Assembly (NCBI GenBank): GCA_963726745.1
Contig: CAVSDR010000006.1
Location: 288,001 to 352,000, forward strand
Origin: an uncultured Verrucomicrobiae bacterium
Lineage (GTDB): Bacteria > Verrucomicrobiota > Verrucomicrobiia > Chthoniobacterales > UBA10450
Reading direction: 5' to 3'
Length of the DNA: 64,000 nt
Part shown: in pieces, positions 10,324-20,170 of the stretch
How positions within the stretch are numbered: position 1 is the stretch's first letter
Layout: the number at the start of each line of letters is the position of its first letter
Position numbers and translations under genes: made by a program
The notes under the pieces: generated by a model
The model's input: the letters and a program-made list of their open reading frames with translations, nothing else
The model's database searches: none
Told to the model about the DNA's origin: nothing

Positions 10324-12003
10324 TCAATGCGTGCGATGGGTTTCCACGTGCTCCGAGGTCGCCCATTCGTGCTGGAGAATTTCATCCTGCGCGCGCAGGG
10401 CGTCGCCGAAGAAACGCTGCGGGTCGACGCGCTTGGCGGCATCGTGCGGGCAGGCGTAAACGCAGCTCGGGGTGGAAAGCTGCGTGCAGAGGTCGCAGGT
10501 GTTCGCCTTAAAAGCGGTCGTCTTTTTCTTCTCCACCTTCACCTTCGGCGGTTCGCCTTCGACCTTCGATTTAATCTCCGTGCGCACCTCCTTGGTCACT
10601 TCCAGCGGGTGCATGTTGATGTTGCCGTAAGGGCAAAGCTCGGCGCACTTCCCGCAGCCGATGCACCAGTCCTCGATGATGATCTCGAGGTTCTCCTTTC
10701 GCCGGATCGAGCCGACCGGGCACTGCGTCATGCAGAGCGGATCGCGGCACGAGCGACAGGCCGTGGCCACGAGGTAGTGATCGTAGCGCAGGCCGTCGCG
10801 CAGGAGTCGCGAAACCCCATCGTGCGCCTTTGCGCAAGCCTGCACGCAGGCATCGCAGCGGGTGCAATTATCGAGATCGATAAGCAACAAATTCTGCGCC
10901 TCGAAAAGGCCTTGGTTCAGGAAATCGTCGAGCTGCAGGCCGGTAGGCAGGGTGCGCGGCGCGCTCGCGGCCACGCGCGCCGCGGCCACGGCTTCGAGTT
11001 GCGCTCTCACCTCGGGAAATTGCGCCAGCATCGCCTCGAATTGCGCCGCTGGGATCTTCACCACGTCGACCGCATCGAGCGCGGCGCAGGTCGCATTGCG
11101 CGTGGTCGCACGCAGCAGGCCGATCTCGCCGAAGTAATCGCCCCGGCCCAGATAAGTGCGCACCATTTCGCCGCCTGGCATGGCCTGCGAGACCCGCACC
11201 ATGCCCGAACGGATGAGGTAGAATGCATCTGCCTCTTCGCCTTCGCGGCAGATGACCTCGTTTTGATTGTAAGAGATCAACTCTACCTGCGCTTTCAGGT
11301 CCTCGAGGAACTCGTCGCTCAAGGTCGCGAAGAGCGGAACCGCGCGCAGGTGCGTGCTCAGGGAACGCTCCCGGTATTTCTGCTCCACCTCTTTCTTGAA
11401 CGAGGTGCCTTTGAACGTCGGCGCCTTCACCTTCGAGGTCGCCTTGCTCGCATCCGAGACCTGGCGCGTGCCCACGAGCATGTCCAAAATCACGCGCAGC
11501 ATCTCCACCATCACGCACGGCTCGCGCGCCTGCACCGTGGCCGAGCGCGGCTGGAAGGTGCGGCAAGTCATTTCCCCGAAGAGCTCGCCCGGCCCGAGTT
11601 GCGCCAGCGGTCGCTGCAACGGCAGGTCGACGTTCGCGTCGATGCTGATGAACTTCCGCTCGTGCGCCTCCGGCCGGCGGTCATCCGCGTCGTCCACCAG
11701 GAAGCTCTTCATCCGCGCGACGCTCCGCCAGAAAAGCCGCTTCGCCGGCGCCGTCCGCAGGTGCGCCAGCGGATTCTGGATGAAAATGTCGACTGATCCC
11801 GAGACGATGTAGTAGGCCGTGGAGCCGAACGCCCCTTCCTCGCAGACGATTTCGCCCGGGGCGTAGCGATGGAGCGCGGCTGCTCCCTTGGCCCAGTTCT
11901 CCAGCTGGGCACGCGGCAACTCCTGCAGCGCCGGGAGATACTCCAGCAACTGCTCGATCGTGAGCGGCGTCCCTCCGCTGAGCTTCTCGGTCACCTCTGC
12001 CAT
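10324..12003 (-). CDS. Tandem cyclic nucleotide-binding domains fused to a four-cluster 4Fe-4S ferredoxin domain
   Basis: FGEMTCRTFQPRSATV and FGEIGLLRATTRNATC; CTRCDACVQAC, CRSCRDPLCMTQCP, CIGCGKCAELCP and CDLC...CVYACP; start placed at ATG 12003 because the longer ORF is antisense to thrS. Confidence 0.9.
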   Translation of the reverse strand: MAEVTEKLSGGTPLTIEQLLEYLPALQELPRAQLENWAKGAAALHRYAPGEIVCEEGAFGSTAYYIVSGSVDIFIQNPLAHLRTAPAKRLFWRSVARMKSFLVDDADDRRPEAHERKFISIDANVDLPLQRPLAQLGPGELFGEMTCRTFQPRSATVQAREPCVMVEMLRVILDMLVGTRQVSDASKATSKVKAPTFKGTSFKKEVEQKYRERSLSTHLRAVPLFATLSDEFLEDLKAQVELISYNQNEVICREGEEADAFYLIRSGMVRVSQAMPGGEMVRTYLGRGDYFGEIGLLRATTRNATCAALDAVDVVKIPAAQFEAMLAQFPEVRAQLEAVAAARVAASAPRTLPTGLQLDDFLNQGLFEAQNLLLIDLDNCTRCDACVQACAKAHDGVSRLLRDGLRYDHYLVATACRSCRDPLCMTQCPVGSIRRKENLEIIIEDWCIGCGKCAELCPYGNINMHPLEVTKEVRTEIKSKVEGEPPKVKVEKKKTTAFKANTCDLCTQLSTPSCVYACPHDAAKRVDPQRFFGDALRAQDEILQHEWATSEHVETHRTH

Positions 12004-12129
12004 GGTTTCGTTAGGCCATTTGCCTCGGGCCCGGGATGGTAGAGAGGTGGGCGCGCGCTGAAAAGCAAACTTCCGCGCCCGGTGCTTGCCGACCCCGGCG
12101 AAAGCGCGGAATCTCTTTCCCTCATCGCC

Positions 12130-14006
12130 ATGGACGCCAACGAAGAAAGCATCGCCGAAGACGTAGCCGCCGCCGGGGTTCCCGCGGCCACTGAAGGCAA
12201 GCCAATGAGCGAGCTCGAGCGCATCCGCCATTCCTGCGCTCACGTCCTCGCGACCGCGATCCTCAAGCTCTGGCCGGAGGCGCAATTCGCCGCCGGGCCG
12301 CCGGTGGAAAACGGTTTCTACTACGATGTCGATCTGCCGCACCGGATCACCCCGGAAGACTTCGCGAAGATCGAGGCCGAGATGAAAAAGGAGACAAAGG
12401 CGAACCACCCCTTCGAGCGCGTGGTTGTTTCGCGCGACGAGGCCCTCGCGCTGGCCCGCGAAGGCAAACTGGCCGCGCTCGGCGCGCGCAATGCGCCGTC
12501 TAAATTCAAGCTCGATATCGTGGAGCACATCCCCGAGGGCGAAGAAATCTCGCTCTATCGCAACGGCGAATTCACCGACCTCTGCGCCGGCCCGCACGTC
12601 ATGCGCACCGGGAACATCGGCGCCTTCCGCCTCACCCACGTGGCCAGCGCCTACTACAAAGGCGACGAGAAAAATCCGCAACTCCAGCGCATCTACGGCA
12701 CCGCTTTTAAGAACAAGACGCAGCTCGAAGAATACTTCGCCATGCTCGAGGAGGCGAAGAAGCGCGACCACCGCAAGCTCGGGAAAGAGCTCGAGCTTTT
12801 CACCTTCGACGACGACGTCGGCCCCGGCCTTCCGCTCTGGCTCCCGCGCGGCGCCGCCATCATCGAGGAACTCGAAAAGCTCGCCAAGGAAACGGAATTC
12901 GCCGCTGGCTACCAGCGAGTGCGCACGCCGCACATTGCCCGGGAGAATCTGTACCTAACGAGCGGTCACCTGCCCTACTACGCCGACTCGATGTTCCCGC
13001 CGATGGAGCTGCACGATCATGGCGCGGAAGAGGGAGCCGTCGGCGACAAATATTACCTCAAGGCGATGAACTGCCCGCATCACCACAAGCTCTTCGCTGC
13101 GGTGCCGCACAGTTATCGCGACCTGCCGCTGCGCTTCGCCGAATACGGCACAACTATCGCTACGAACAGAGCGGCGAGCTCTTCGGGCTCATGCGCGTGC
13201 GCTCGCTCCAGATGAATGACGCGCACATCTACTGCACGGAGGAGCAATTCGAAGACGAGTTCCGCGCGGTTAACGAGATGTATTTGAAGTATTTCAAAAT
13301 CTTCGGGATCGAGAAATACGTCATGCGCTTCTCGACGCATGATCCGGCCAAGCTCGGCCAGAAATTCGTGGATAACCCCGAGCTCTGGAAGAAAACCGAG
13401 GACATGGTCCGCGGCGTCCTCCAGCGCAGCGGAATCAACTACGTCGAAGTGCCAAACGAGGCCGCCTTCTACGGCCCGAAGATCGACGTCCAGGTCTGGA
13501 GCGCGATCGGGCGCGAGTTCACCATCGCGACCAACCAGGTCGACTTCGCTGTCCCGGCTAAGTTCGGCCTGGTCTACAAGACCCGCGAAAACACCGAGGC
13601 CACGCCGCTTTGCATTCACCGCGCACCACTCGGGACGCACGAGCGTTTCATCGGCTTCCTGATCGAACATTATGCCGGCAATTTCCCGCTCTGGCTCGCG
13701 CCCGAGCAGGTGCGCGTGCTCCCGATCGGCGACGAGCCGGCGCTGGTCGAGTATGCCCGCAAAATAGCCGACGAATTGCGCGCGCACGAAGTCCGTTGCG
13801 AGCTCGACGCGACTAACGATCACATCAAGGCGAAGATCTCCAGCGCCGAGCAAATGAAGGTGCACACCATGCTCGTGATCGGCGGCCGCGACCTGGAAGC
13901 GAACGCGGTCAGCCTGCGCGAGCACGGCAAAGGCAACCTCGGCGCGCGACCGCGGGACGAGGCCATCGCCCGCATCCTGGCGGCCATCCGCCAGCGCGCT
14001 GCCTAA
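12130..14006 (+). CDS. thrS: Threonine--tRNA ligase (apparent 1-base frameshift near 13151)
   Basis: RHSCAHVLA, DLCAGPH, RDHRKLG, KAMNCPHH; continues in another frame as YRYEQSGELFGLMRVR...FYGPKID...IHRAPLGTHERF. Confidence 0.95.
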
Positions 14007-14710
14007 CGACCCAGCGTGACGATGTCGCGCACCAGGCGCAGGGTATCGACCAGGCCGCGCAGGAGCTTGCGATTCTTCTCTTTTTGCAAAGTGCGCCCCT
14101 GCGGAGTGAAGAGCTCGTTCTGCGCCTGCTCGAGCTTGTTGATCTCCGCGATCGCCTGCTCCGCCGGCTGGTAGCTCGGGTTCACCTCGAGCACCGCGCC
14201 ATACTGCAGGCGCGCCTGCGCCAGCTCGCCGCGCAGGAAATGGGCAAAGCCGATCGCGTTGTGCACCCGCCAGATCTCGGGATTCACCGGGACCTGCAAC
14301 CGCGCCGCGCGCGCGCGCTCGATCGCTTCCACCTGCTCGAGGTATTGCACCGCCAGCCGGAGGTCTTCGTCTTTCCGGTCGCCCTCGCGCTTCAAGTAGG
14401 TCAGCAACCGGCCGGCGTGCAGGTAGGAAGTCCCGCAGCGAAACGGGATCTCCGGCGCGCGCTCCGTCTCCGGTTGGCCCGCGCGCTCGAGCTCGGTGAT
14501 CGAAGCCGCCGCCAGCCGCCCGGCCCACTCGTAGGCATCGATCGCCGGCTCACGTTTCCCGCGGCGCTCGAGCTTTGAAGCGCGCTCGCTTTCCACCAGC
14601 GCCTGCTCGTAGAGCTTCTTCGCCGGGTCGAGTCCGCTCTCTTCCTGCGCCCGGAGCCCGGGCGGCAGCAAGAGGAGAAAGAGCAGGCTAAAATGGAAGC
14701 GAGACCGCAC
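14003..14710 (-). CDS. Secreted TPR-like helical protein
   Basis: Signal-like FSLLFLLLLPPGLRA after GTG 14710; TPR-like HNAIGFAHFLRGELAQARLQYGAVLEVNPSY. Confidence 0.7.
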   Translation of the reverse strand: MRSRFHFSLLFLLLLPPGLRAQEESGLDPAKKLYEQALVESERASKLERRGKREPAIDAYEWAGRLAAASITELERAGQPETERAPEIPFRCGTSYLHAGRLLTYLKREGDRKDEDLRLAVQYLEQVEAIERARAARLQVPVNPEIWRVHNAIGFAHFLRGELAQARLQYGAVLEVNPSYQPAEQAIAEINKLEQAQNELFTPQGRTLQKEKNRKLLRGLVDTLRLVRDIVTLGR

Positions 14711-14821
14711 CGCGCAGCTTCCCTTTGCGTCCCAGCCTCGGCAACTGTTTGCATCGCCCGGCAAAATTCCCCACAACAGAGAGAACGTGTCCCCCGCTCC
14801 CTGGCCTAACGAGTGTCCATC

Positions 14822-15271
14822 ATGAGAACTGCGCTCCTGCTCGTTGTTTCGGTGGCCCTCCTCGCGCTCGGCCTTTGGACCCAGCGGCCGGAGCCGATTT
14901 CCTTCGCGCCATCGCAATCGGCAGCCCCTGCCCGCGCCGCGCGGTTTACGGGCCAGAATGTCTACTCCACCCGTACCTGGGCCAATCCGGGGACGCTCCC
15001 GGATCACTTCGCGCGGCACGGCGCGGATTTCGGCGCGCGGGACGCGGAAGATTACGCCCGCCAGGCCTACGACTTTTTCCAGCGCGCCCAAGTTGCCGGC
15101 TACCCGGCGAAGGTCGACCAGAGCGGGACCTATCGCGTCTACGATCCCGGGAGCGGCGCCTTCGGCGTCTACACCGCCGACGGCAGGACCAAGACCTACT
15201 TCAAGCCCGGAGGGCGCGGTTATTTCCAGCGGCAGATCGGGCGCCCAGTCGATCTACGGAAGCGCCGATGA
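14822..15271 (+). CDS. Small exported or anchored protein with a putative nuclease-toxin-like domain
   Basis: Hydrophobic N-terminus; LPDHFARHGADFG...Y...A..F and G..KTYFKP pattern reminiscent of polymorphic toxin RNase tips. Confidence 0.6.
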   Translation: MRTALLLVVSVALLALGLWTQRPEPISFAPSQSAAPARAARFTGQNVYSTRTWANPGTLPDHFARHGADFGARDAEDYARQAYDFFQRAQVAGYPAKVDQSGTYRVYDPGSGAFGVYTADGRTKTYFKPGGRGYFQRQIGRPVDLRKRR

Positions 15272-15519
15272 AGCATCTTTGCCCGGTCTGCGGCTATCCC
15301 CACCTCGAGGAAGCGCCCCGCACTGCAGAGGGAGGCGGCTCGTTCGAGATCTGCCCGAGCTGCGGCTTTCAATTCGGCGTGAGCGATGAAGATGCCGGCT
15401 ATTCCTTCGCGGAATGGCGAGAGGCCTGGCGCGCCGCCGGGATGCCGTGGTCGAGCGTGCGGAAGCCGCCGCGCGGCTGGAATCCGGCGCGGCAACTGGC
15501 CGCGCTCCTCAGTCGTTAG
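15268..15519 (+). CDS. Cys-rich CPCC-like small protein (possible immunity protein)
   Basis: MKHLCPVCGY...FEICPSCGFQFG; ATGA overlap with the upstream gene. Confidence 0.75.
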   Translation: MKHLCPVCGYPHLEEAPRTAEGGGSFEICPSCGFQFGVSDEDAGYSFAEWREAWRAAGMPWSSVRKPPRGWNPARQLAALLSR

Positions 15520-16468
15520 GCAGCGAGTCCGTCCCGCCGCGCAAAAGAGCCAGCGCTTTCACAAACGCGGCCTCGCTTTGCGGGACCACCACGGACGTTT
15601 CGAAGTGACCCGCGTCCGGGAGAGGCAGCAAGACCGCGCGGTCGCCAGCCTTCTCCGCCGCAGCGACGTAGCTCCTCACGCTTGCGGGATCGACGATCGG
15701 GTCGCGTTCGCCCTGGAGGAAAATCTGCGGAACGCCGAGCGGCAGGCGCTCGCTCGGCGAGGTCTCGGCATAGCGGGCCGCGACCTTATCCGGCGCGCCG
15801 CCCAGGAGCGGCTCGACCGCGGAGTGACAACTGTCGGGCGGACCGATGCGGTAGTGCGCGAGATCGGTGATCGCCGCCAGCCCGAGCACGCCGCGGAGCG
15901 GCACCGGATCTTTCGCGTAGAGCTCGCTGTCTTTGGACAGGCGCGCGCGGCTCGCGAGCCAGAGCGCGAGCTGCCCGCCGGCCGAATGACCCGCGGCGTA
16001 GACCTGCTCGAGGTCGAGCGGCGCAGCCTTGGCGAGTTCGCGCAGATGATCCGTGGCTTGGGCCACATCGAGGAACGTCGTGGGCCAGCCGCCGCCATTT
16101 CCCAGCCGGCGATATTCGATCGTCCAGGTGGCAAACCCATGCGCGGTCAGCCAGGCCGAAAGCCGGGTGATGTATTGGTAATCAAACGCCGACTGCCAGC
16201 AGCCGCCATGGATCACGACCATCACTGGGAACGGTCCCTTCCCGGGCGGCAGCCGCAGTTCGCCGAGCTGCTCAGGCGCGCTCCCATACGCCCGGCGCTC
16301 CCCGGCGGGCGGCCGCGGCATTTTCCCGAGCTCGGACCAGCTGAGAGTTTTCGCCGGTGACGGCGAAGACGACGGCTCCGCCAAAGCCAGACTCGTTAGG
16401 CAAAGAGAAAGCGCGAGCGAGAGTTTGATCACTGGCGGAAACGGTGGCCCGCTTCGCGCGCGGTTCAA
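15509..16468 (-). CDS. Alpha/beta hydrolase (esterase/lipase), signal peptide
   Basis: IHGGCW oxyanion motif, GHSAGG nucleophile, GERDPIV and AGHF; start may be GTG 16432. Confidence 0.9.
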   Translation of the reverse strand: MNRARSGPPFPPVIKLSLALSLCLTSLALAEPSSSPSPAKTLSWSELGKMPRPPAGERRAYGSAPEQLGELRLPPGKGPFPVMVVIHGGCWQSAFDYQYITRLSAWLTAHGFATWTIEYRRLGNGGGWPTTFLDVAQATDHLRELAKAAPLDLEQVYAAGHSAGGQLALWLASRARLSKDSELYAKDPVPLRGVLGLAAITDLAHYRIGPPDSCHSAVEPLLGGAPDKVAARYAETSPSERLPLGVPQIFLQGERDPIVDPASVRSYVAAAEKAGDRAVLLPLPDAGHFETSVVVPQSEAAFVKALALLRGGTDSLPND

Positions 16469-17628
16469 CCGCCACCGCGCCGGAGGAGTTCGGCGACGAA
16501 GATCCCGGCGTAGGTGCCGAGGGCGTTGCCTAACGAGCCGACGAGGATGCCGGGCAGGCGGAGGTCATTGCGCCCGAGCGCGGTCGCGAGCACCCCGGCG
16601 CTGGTGGCGCCGCCGATATTGGCATTCGAGGCCACCGCGATCATGGCCCAATCCTGCCGGAGCAACCCGGCCAGGCCGAAGAGCAGCGCGCCGTGCACGA
16701 AAACAATCAGCGTGACCCAAAGCAAAAGGACGCCAGCGACGGAGCCATTCGCGATCAGCGCGCCGATGTCGCAATAAGCGCCGATGACCGCGAGGAAGAG
16801 CAGGACCGCGAAGTAACCGAGGGTGCGCGCGCCGCGGAGTTTTTGCACCTGCGGGACCTGCGCGAGGACGAGCGCGAGCGTGGTCAGCACGAGGACCATC
16901 GGGAGGAACGGGAGCAGTTGGCTCACGACTTGGGAAACAAAAAGCGCGGCCAGGCCGAGGGCGAGCAGGAGCGAAAGATCGATCACGCTGATGGCTTCGC
17001 CGGCGGCCAACGCCTCCACGGTTGCGACCGGGGCCGCCGCGGCGCCGGGCACGCGACGCGGGAACCAGCGCTGCAGCAGGCGCGGGAGAAGGAGCGTGGC
17101 CACGATCCAGATGGTGGTGATGATGTTGTCGGCCGCGTTGATCGCGGCAAAAAGCGTCCCGTCCTTGGTCACGCCGTACTGCAGCGCGACGGCGTTAAGG
17201 TTCACGCTCCCGCCGATGTAGGTGCCGGTGAACATGCCGGCCACGGCGTGAGCCTGGCGGACGCCATGAAGGTCCGGCCTAACGAGTTGATAGCCCACGT
17301 AGGTGCCGACCAACGTGGTCAGCGCGCCCGCGGCGAAGAGCAGGAGCATGGGCACGCCCGCGAGGCGGAGGTCGCGCAGGCGGACATCGAGCAGGAGGAA
17401 GAAAATCGCCAGCGGTGCGAGGTAGACAAAGATGCCGTCATAGAGCGGCGGGGCGTTTCGCGAGGAGGGCAGCACGCCAAGGTTGGCCAGGACCGCGGCC
17501 GCGAGGATAACCACGAGCGCGGAGCCGGCGGCGCGGAAGAACGGGCGGCGACAAATCCACTCCGAGAAAGCGACCAGCAGGAGGAGGACGGTGCCGACGT
17601 AAAGCGGATCGGAGAGGACGGAAAGCAC
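16465..17628 (-). CDS. DUF819-family membrane protein
   Basis: Multi-TM; TGTYIGGSVN and ASNANIGG re-entrant motifs. Confidence 0.8.
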   Translation of the reverse strand: MLSVLSDPLYVGTVLLLLVAFSEWICRRPFFRAAGSALVVILAAAVLANLGVLPSSRNAPPLYDGIFVYLAPLAIFFLLLDVRLRDLRLAGVPMLLLFAAGALTTLVGTYVGYQLVRPDLHGVRQAHAVAGMFTGTYIGGSVNLNAVALQYGVTKDGTLFAAINAADNIITTIWIVATLLLPRLLQRWFPRRVPGAAAAPVATVEALAAGEAISVIDLSLLLALGLAALFVSQVVSQLLPFLPMVLVLTTLALVLAQVPQVQKLRGARTLGYFAVLLFLAVIGAYCDIGALIANGSVAGVLLLWVTLIVFVHGALLFGLAGLLRQDWAMIAVASNANIGGATSAGVLATALGRNDLRLPGILVGSLGNALGTYAGIFVAELLRRGGG

Positions 17629-17703
17629 GGCGCGAGACTACGCAGGAAGGCGGGGCCGACGCCAGCCCTTGGGCAACCGGAAAATGTCGGCTAAGTTTCC
17701 GCC

Positions 17704-18846
17704 ATGGGGTCGAGCAGCCTAACGAGTGAAGAGCGGGCGCGCTACGCGCGGCACTTGATCATGCCGGAAGTGACCCTGGCGGGGCAGGAGCGTTTAAAAG
17801 CTGCGCGCGTGCTCTGCATCGGCGCGGGCGGGTTGGGCTCGCCGGCGGCGCTTTACCTCGCGGCTGCGGGCGTGGGCACGCTCGGACTGGTGGATGCCGA
17901 CGAGGTGGAGCTCTCGAATCTCCAGCGACAATTGCTCCACGGCACGAGCGACGTGGGCCGCGCAAAAATAGACAGCGCGCTCGGCCGCTTGCGGGAGATC
18001 AACCCACACGTGCAGACCGTCCCGCATCGCTGCCGTTTCACCGCGGAGAACGCAGAGGAAATCCTCGCGGGCTACGACCTGGTGGTCGATGGCTCGGATA
18101 ATTTTCCCACACGCTACCTCTCAAACGACGTCTCTGTTTTTGCGCGCAAGCCGAACGTCTACGGCTCGGTTTTTCGCTTCGACGGACAGACGACAGTCTT
18201 CGCGCCGCACCTCGGCGGGCCGTGTTACCGGTGCCTGTTCCCGGAACCGCCGCCGGCGGGGACGGTGCCAAATTGCGCGGAAGCCGGCGTGCTCGGCGTG
18301 CTCCCGGGAATCATCGGAACGCTCCAGGCGATCGAGGCGATCAAGCTCATCCTCGGCTTGGGCGAATCGCTCGTCGGCCGGCTGCTGCACTTCGATGCGC
18401 TAAAGATGAAGTTCCGCACTTTCAATCTTCGACGCGATCCGCAATGTCCCGTCTGCGGCGAGCAACCCACGATTACCGCGCCGATCGATTACGAAGCTTT
18501 TTGCGATATGACCACACCGACCAACGACGTGCCCGAGATCACCGTGCAGGAGCTACAGGAAATGCGGGAAGCGCAGAAGGATTTTGTGCTCCTGGATGTG
18601 CGCGAGCCGCACGAATACGAGCTCGCGCGGATCGAGGGGGCGCAACTCATTCCGCTGGGAGAATTGCCCGCGCGGCTGGAAGAGGTCGAGCGCGGGAAGG
18701 AACTGGTGGTCCACTGCCACGGCGGCGTGCGCAGCGCTCATGCGGTCCAGCTCCTGCAGCAGGCCGGCTTCAACCGCGCGCGGAATTTAGCCGGCGGGAT
18801 CGACGCCTGGTCGGTCGAGATCGACCCGGAAGTTCCGCGCTACTGA
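17704..18846 (+). CDS. moeB: MoeB/ThiF adenylyltransferase with C-terminal rhodanese domain (MoeZ-type)
   Basis: RYARHL, GAGGLGSP, SNLQRQ, CYRC and CPVC; rhodanese DVREPHE...HCHGGVRS...LAGGIDAW. Confidence 0.93.
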   Translation: MGSSSLTSEERARYARHLIMPEVTLAGQERLKAARVLCIGAGGLGSPAALYLAAAGVGTLGLVDADEVELSNLQRQLLHGTSDVGRAKIDSALGRLREINPHVQTVPHRCRFTAENAEEILAGYDLVVDGSDNFPTRYLSNDVSVFARKPNVYGSVFRFDGQTTVFAPHLGGPCYRCLFPEPPPAGTVPNCAEAGVLGVLPGIIGTLQAIEAIKLILGLGESLVGRLLHFDALKMKFRTFNLRRDPQCPVCGEQPTITAPIDYEAFCDMTTPTNDVPEITVQELQEMREAQKDFVLLDVREPHEYELARIEGAQLIPLGELPARLEEVERGKELVVHCHGGVRSAHAVQLLQQAGFNRARNLAGGIDAWSVEIDPEVPRY

Positions 18847-19415
18847 AGCGACTGCGCCGCGGCGGCGATCGCTTTGCCTAACGAGTCCTCGCTCGGGACG
18901 GAAAACCAGCGCTGCACCACCCGGCCGCGACCGTCGAAGACGAAAACCGCGAGCCCGCTGTCCTCCGGCGCCAGCCCGAGCTTGGCCACCTCGCTGCCAT
19001 CGAAATCAGCCACCGCGATCACATCCTCGCGCGGGCTGTGCGCAATCTTCCGCGCTTGATACTCGGCCGCCAGCTTCCTGGCCTCGGCGTTGAGCCGTTG
19101 GCGAATGATCGCGCGGGTGAGGCCACGGAAGGGACCCGCGAGCTTCCGCTGAAAGTTGACCAGCGTGAGGTAGCGGTAGTTCGAGTCCCCGGTGTATTTA
19201 TCAGGCACGTGATCGGCCACCGCCTCGGCCTCGTCCTCGTGCTCGCGCGTGACTACGGCAATGATCGTAACCTTGCCGGCCGCGGTAGCGTGCTCAATGC
19301 CGTCCACGTCGAGGAACTTCACCGAGGCCACGCTACCGGGCGCCAACGCCTCGCCGCGGACTGCGCCGCCCGCGAGCGCGAGGGCGAAAATCAATTGAAG
19401 GCCCCGGGCAATCAT
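18840..19415 (-). CDS. Hypothetical secreted protein (possible thioredoxin-like fold, no CxxC)
   Basis: Signal peptide after ATG 19415; VFVFDGRGRVV strand pattern. Confidence 0.6.
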   Translation of the reverse strand: MIARGLQLIFALALAGGAVRGEALAPGSVASVKFLDVDGIEHATAAGKVTIIAVVTREHEDEAEAVADHVPDKYTGDSNYRYLTLVNFQRKLAGPFRGLTRAIIRQRLNAEARKLAAEYQARKIAHSPREDVIAVADFDGSEVAKLGLAPEDSGLAVFVFDGRGRVVQRWFSVPSEDSLGKAIAAAAQSLQ

Positions 19416-19435
19416 GTTTAAGCACCGTTGCCACG

Positions 19436-20143
19436 ATGCTCGCGCCTGACAAGTCACCCCGTTTCCGCTGCACCCTGGCGATGCTTTGCCTGCTGGCGCT
19501 CGGCGGCTGCAATCGCATGGCCACGCCGCCGGCGAAGCAGACCTTGAAAGATGCCGAGGCGCGCGCGGCCAGCGGCGATTTCCTGGAAGCCCTAAGCCTC
19601 TACGAGAAGGCGCTCGATGGAAGTACGGACTCGGCGGAGATCCATTACAAGATGGCCCTGCTCTACGACGACAAGATGAAGGAACCGCTAAACGCGCTCC
19701 ATCATTTCAAGCGTTACCTCACGCTCGCGCCGAGCGGACGGCACGCGGCGGAAGTGAAGGGCTTCATGAAACGCGATGAGCTCACTTTGGTGACGACGCT
19801 TTCCGGCGACGCGGTCATGTCGCGCGCGGAGGCGGCGCGGCTACGGAACGAAAACCTGGCGCTGCGCCGCCAGCTCGACGAAAAAGCCGCGCAAGCCAAG
19901 GCGGCGGCGGCAACCGAAAAGGCGAGCGCGCGCACGAGTCGCGCGGAGAAATCTGCCAGCCCGGCGAAACGCAAGAAAGCCGGCAACCGGCAACATGTGG
20001 TCGAGGCCGGTGAGACGCTCTACTCGCTTTCGCGCAAATATTACGACACCCCGAGCCGCTGGAAGGAAATCCGCGAGGCCAACAGCGGGAAGCTGGGGAG
20101 CGGCGGAAAATTACGCGCCGGACAAACGCTCACCATTCCGTAG
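19436..20143 (+). CDS. Lipoprotein with TPR repeats, coiled coil and C-terminal LysM domain
   Basis: LGGC lipobox; TPR-like helices; HVVEAGETLYSLSRKYY...LRAGQTLTIP; start uncertain (may be 19481). Confidence 0.85.
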   Translation: MLAPDKSPRFRCTLAMLCLLALGGCNRMATPPAKQTLKDAEARAASGDFLEALSLYEKALDGSTDSAEIHYKMALLYDDKMKEPLNALHHFKRYLTLAPSGRHAAEVKGFMKRDELTLVTTLSGDAVMSRAEAARLRNENLALRRQLDEKAAQAKAAAATEKASARTSRAEKSASPAKRKKAGNRQHVVEAGETLYSLSRKYYDTPSRWKEIREANSGKLGSGGKLRAGQTLTIP

Positions 20144-20170
20144 GCTATTTTTCCCAACTGGAGGAATCCC

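Noticed and set aside
12004..12129. T-box or attenuator upstream of thrS
   Set aside because: Short divergent intergenic region with no T-box consensus or leader peptide visible.
12004..12933. N-terminal extension of the 869-aa ORF 10324..12933
   Set aside because: It is antisense to thrS; the real gene most likely starts at ATG 12003.
14711..15091. N-terminal extension of ORF 14003..15091, and the 264-aa ORF 14725..15519
   Set aside because: Both overlap the 14822-15271 gene; credible starts are GTG 14710 (signal peptide) and ATG 15268 (CPCC protein).
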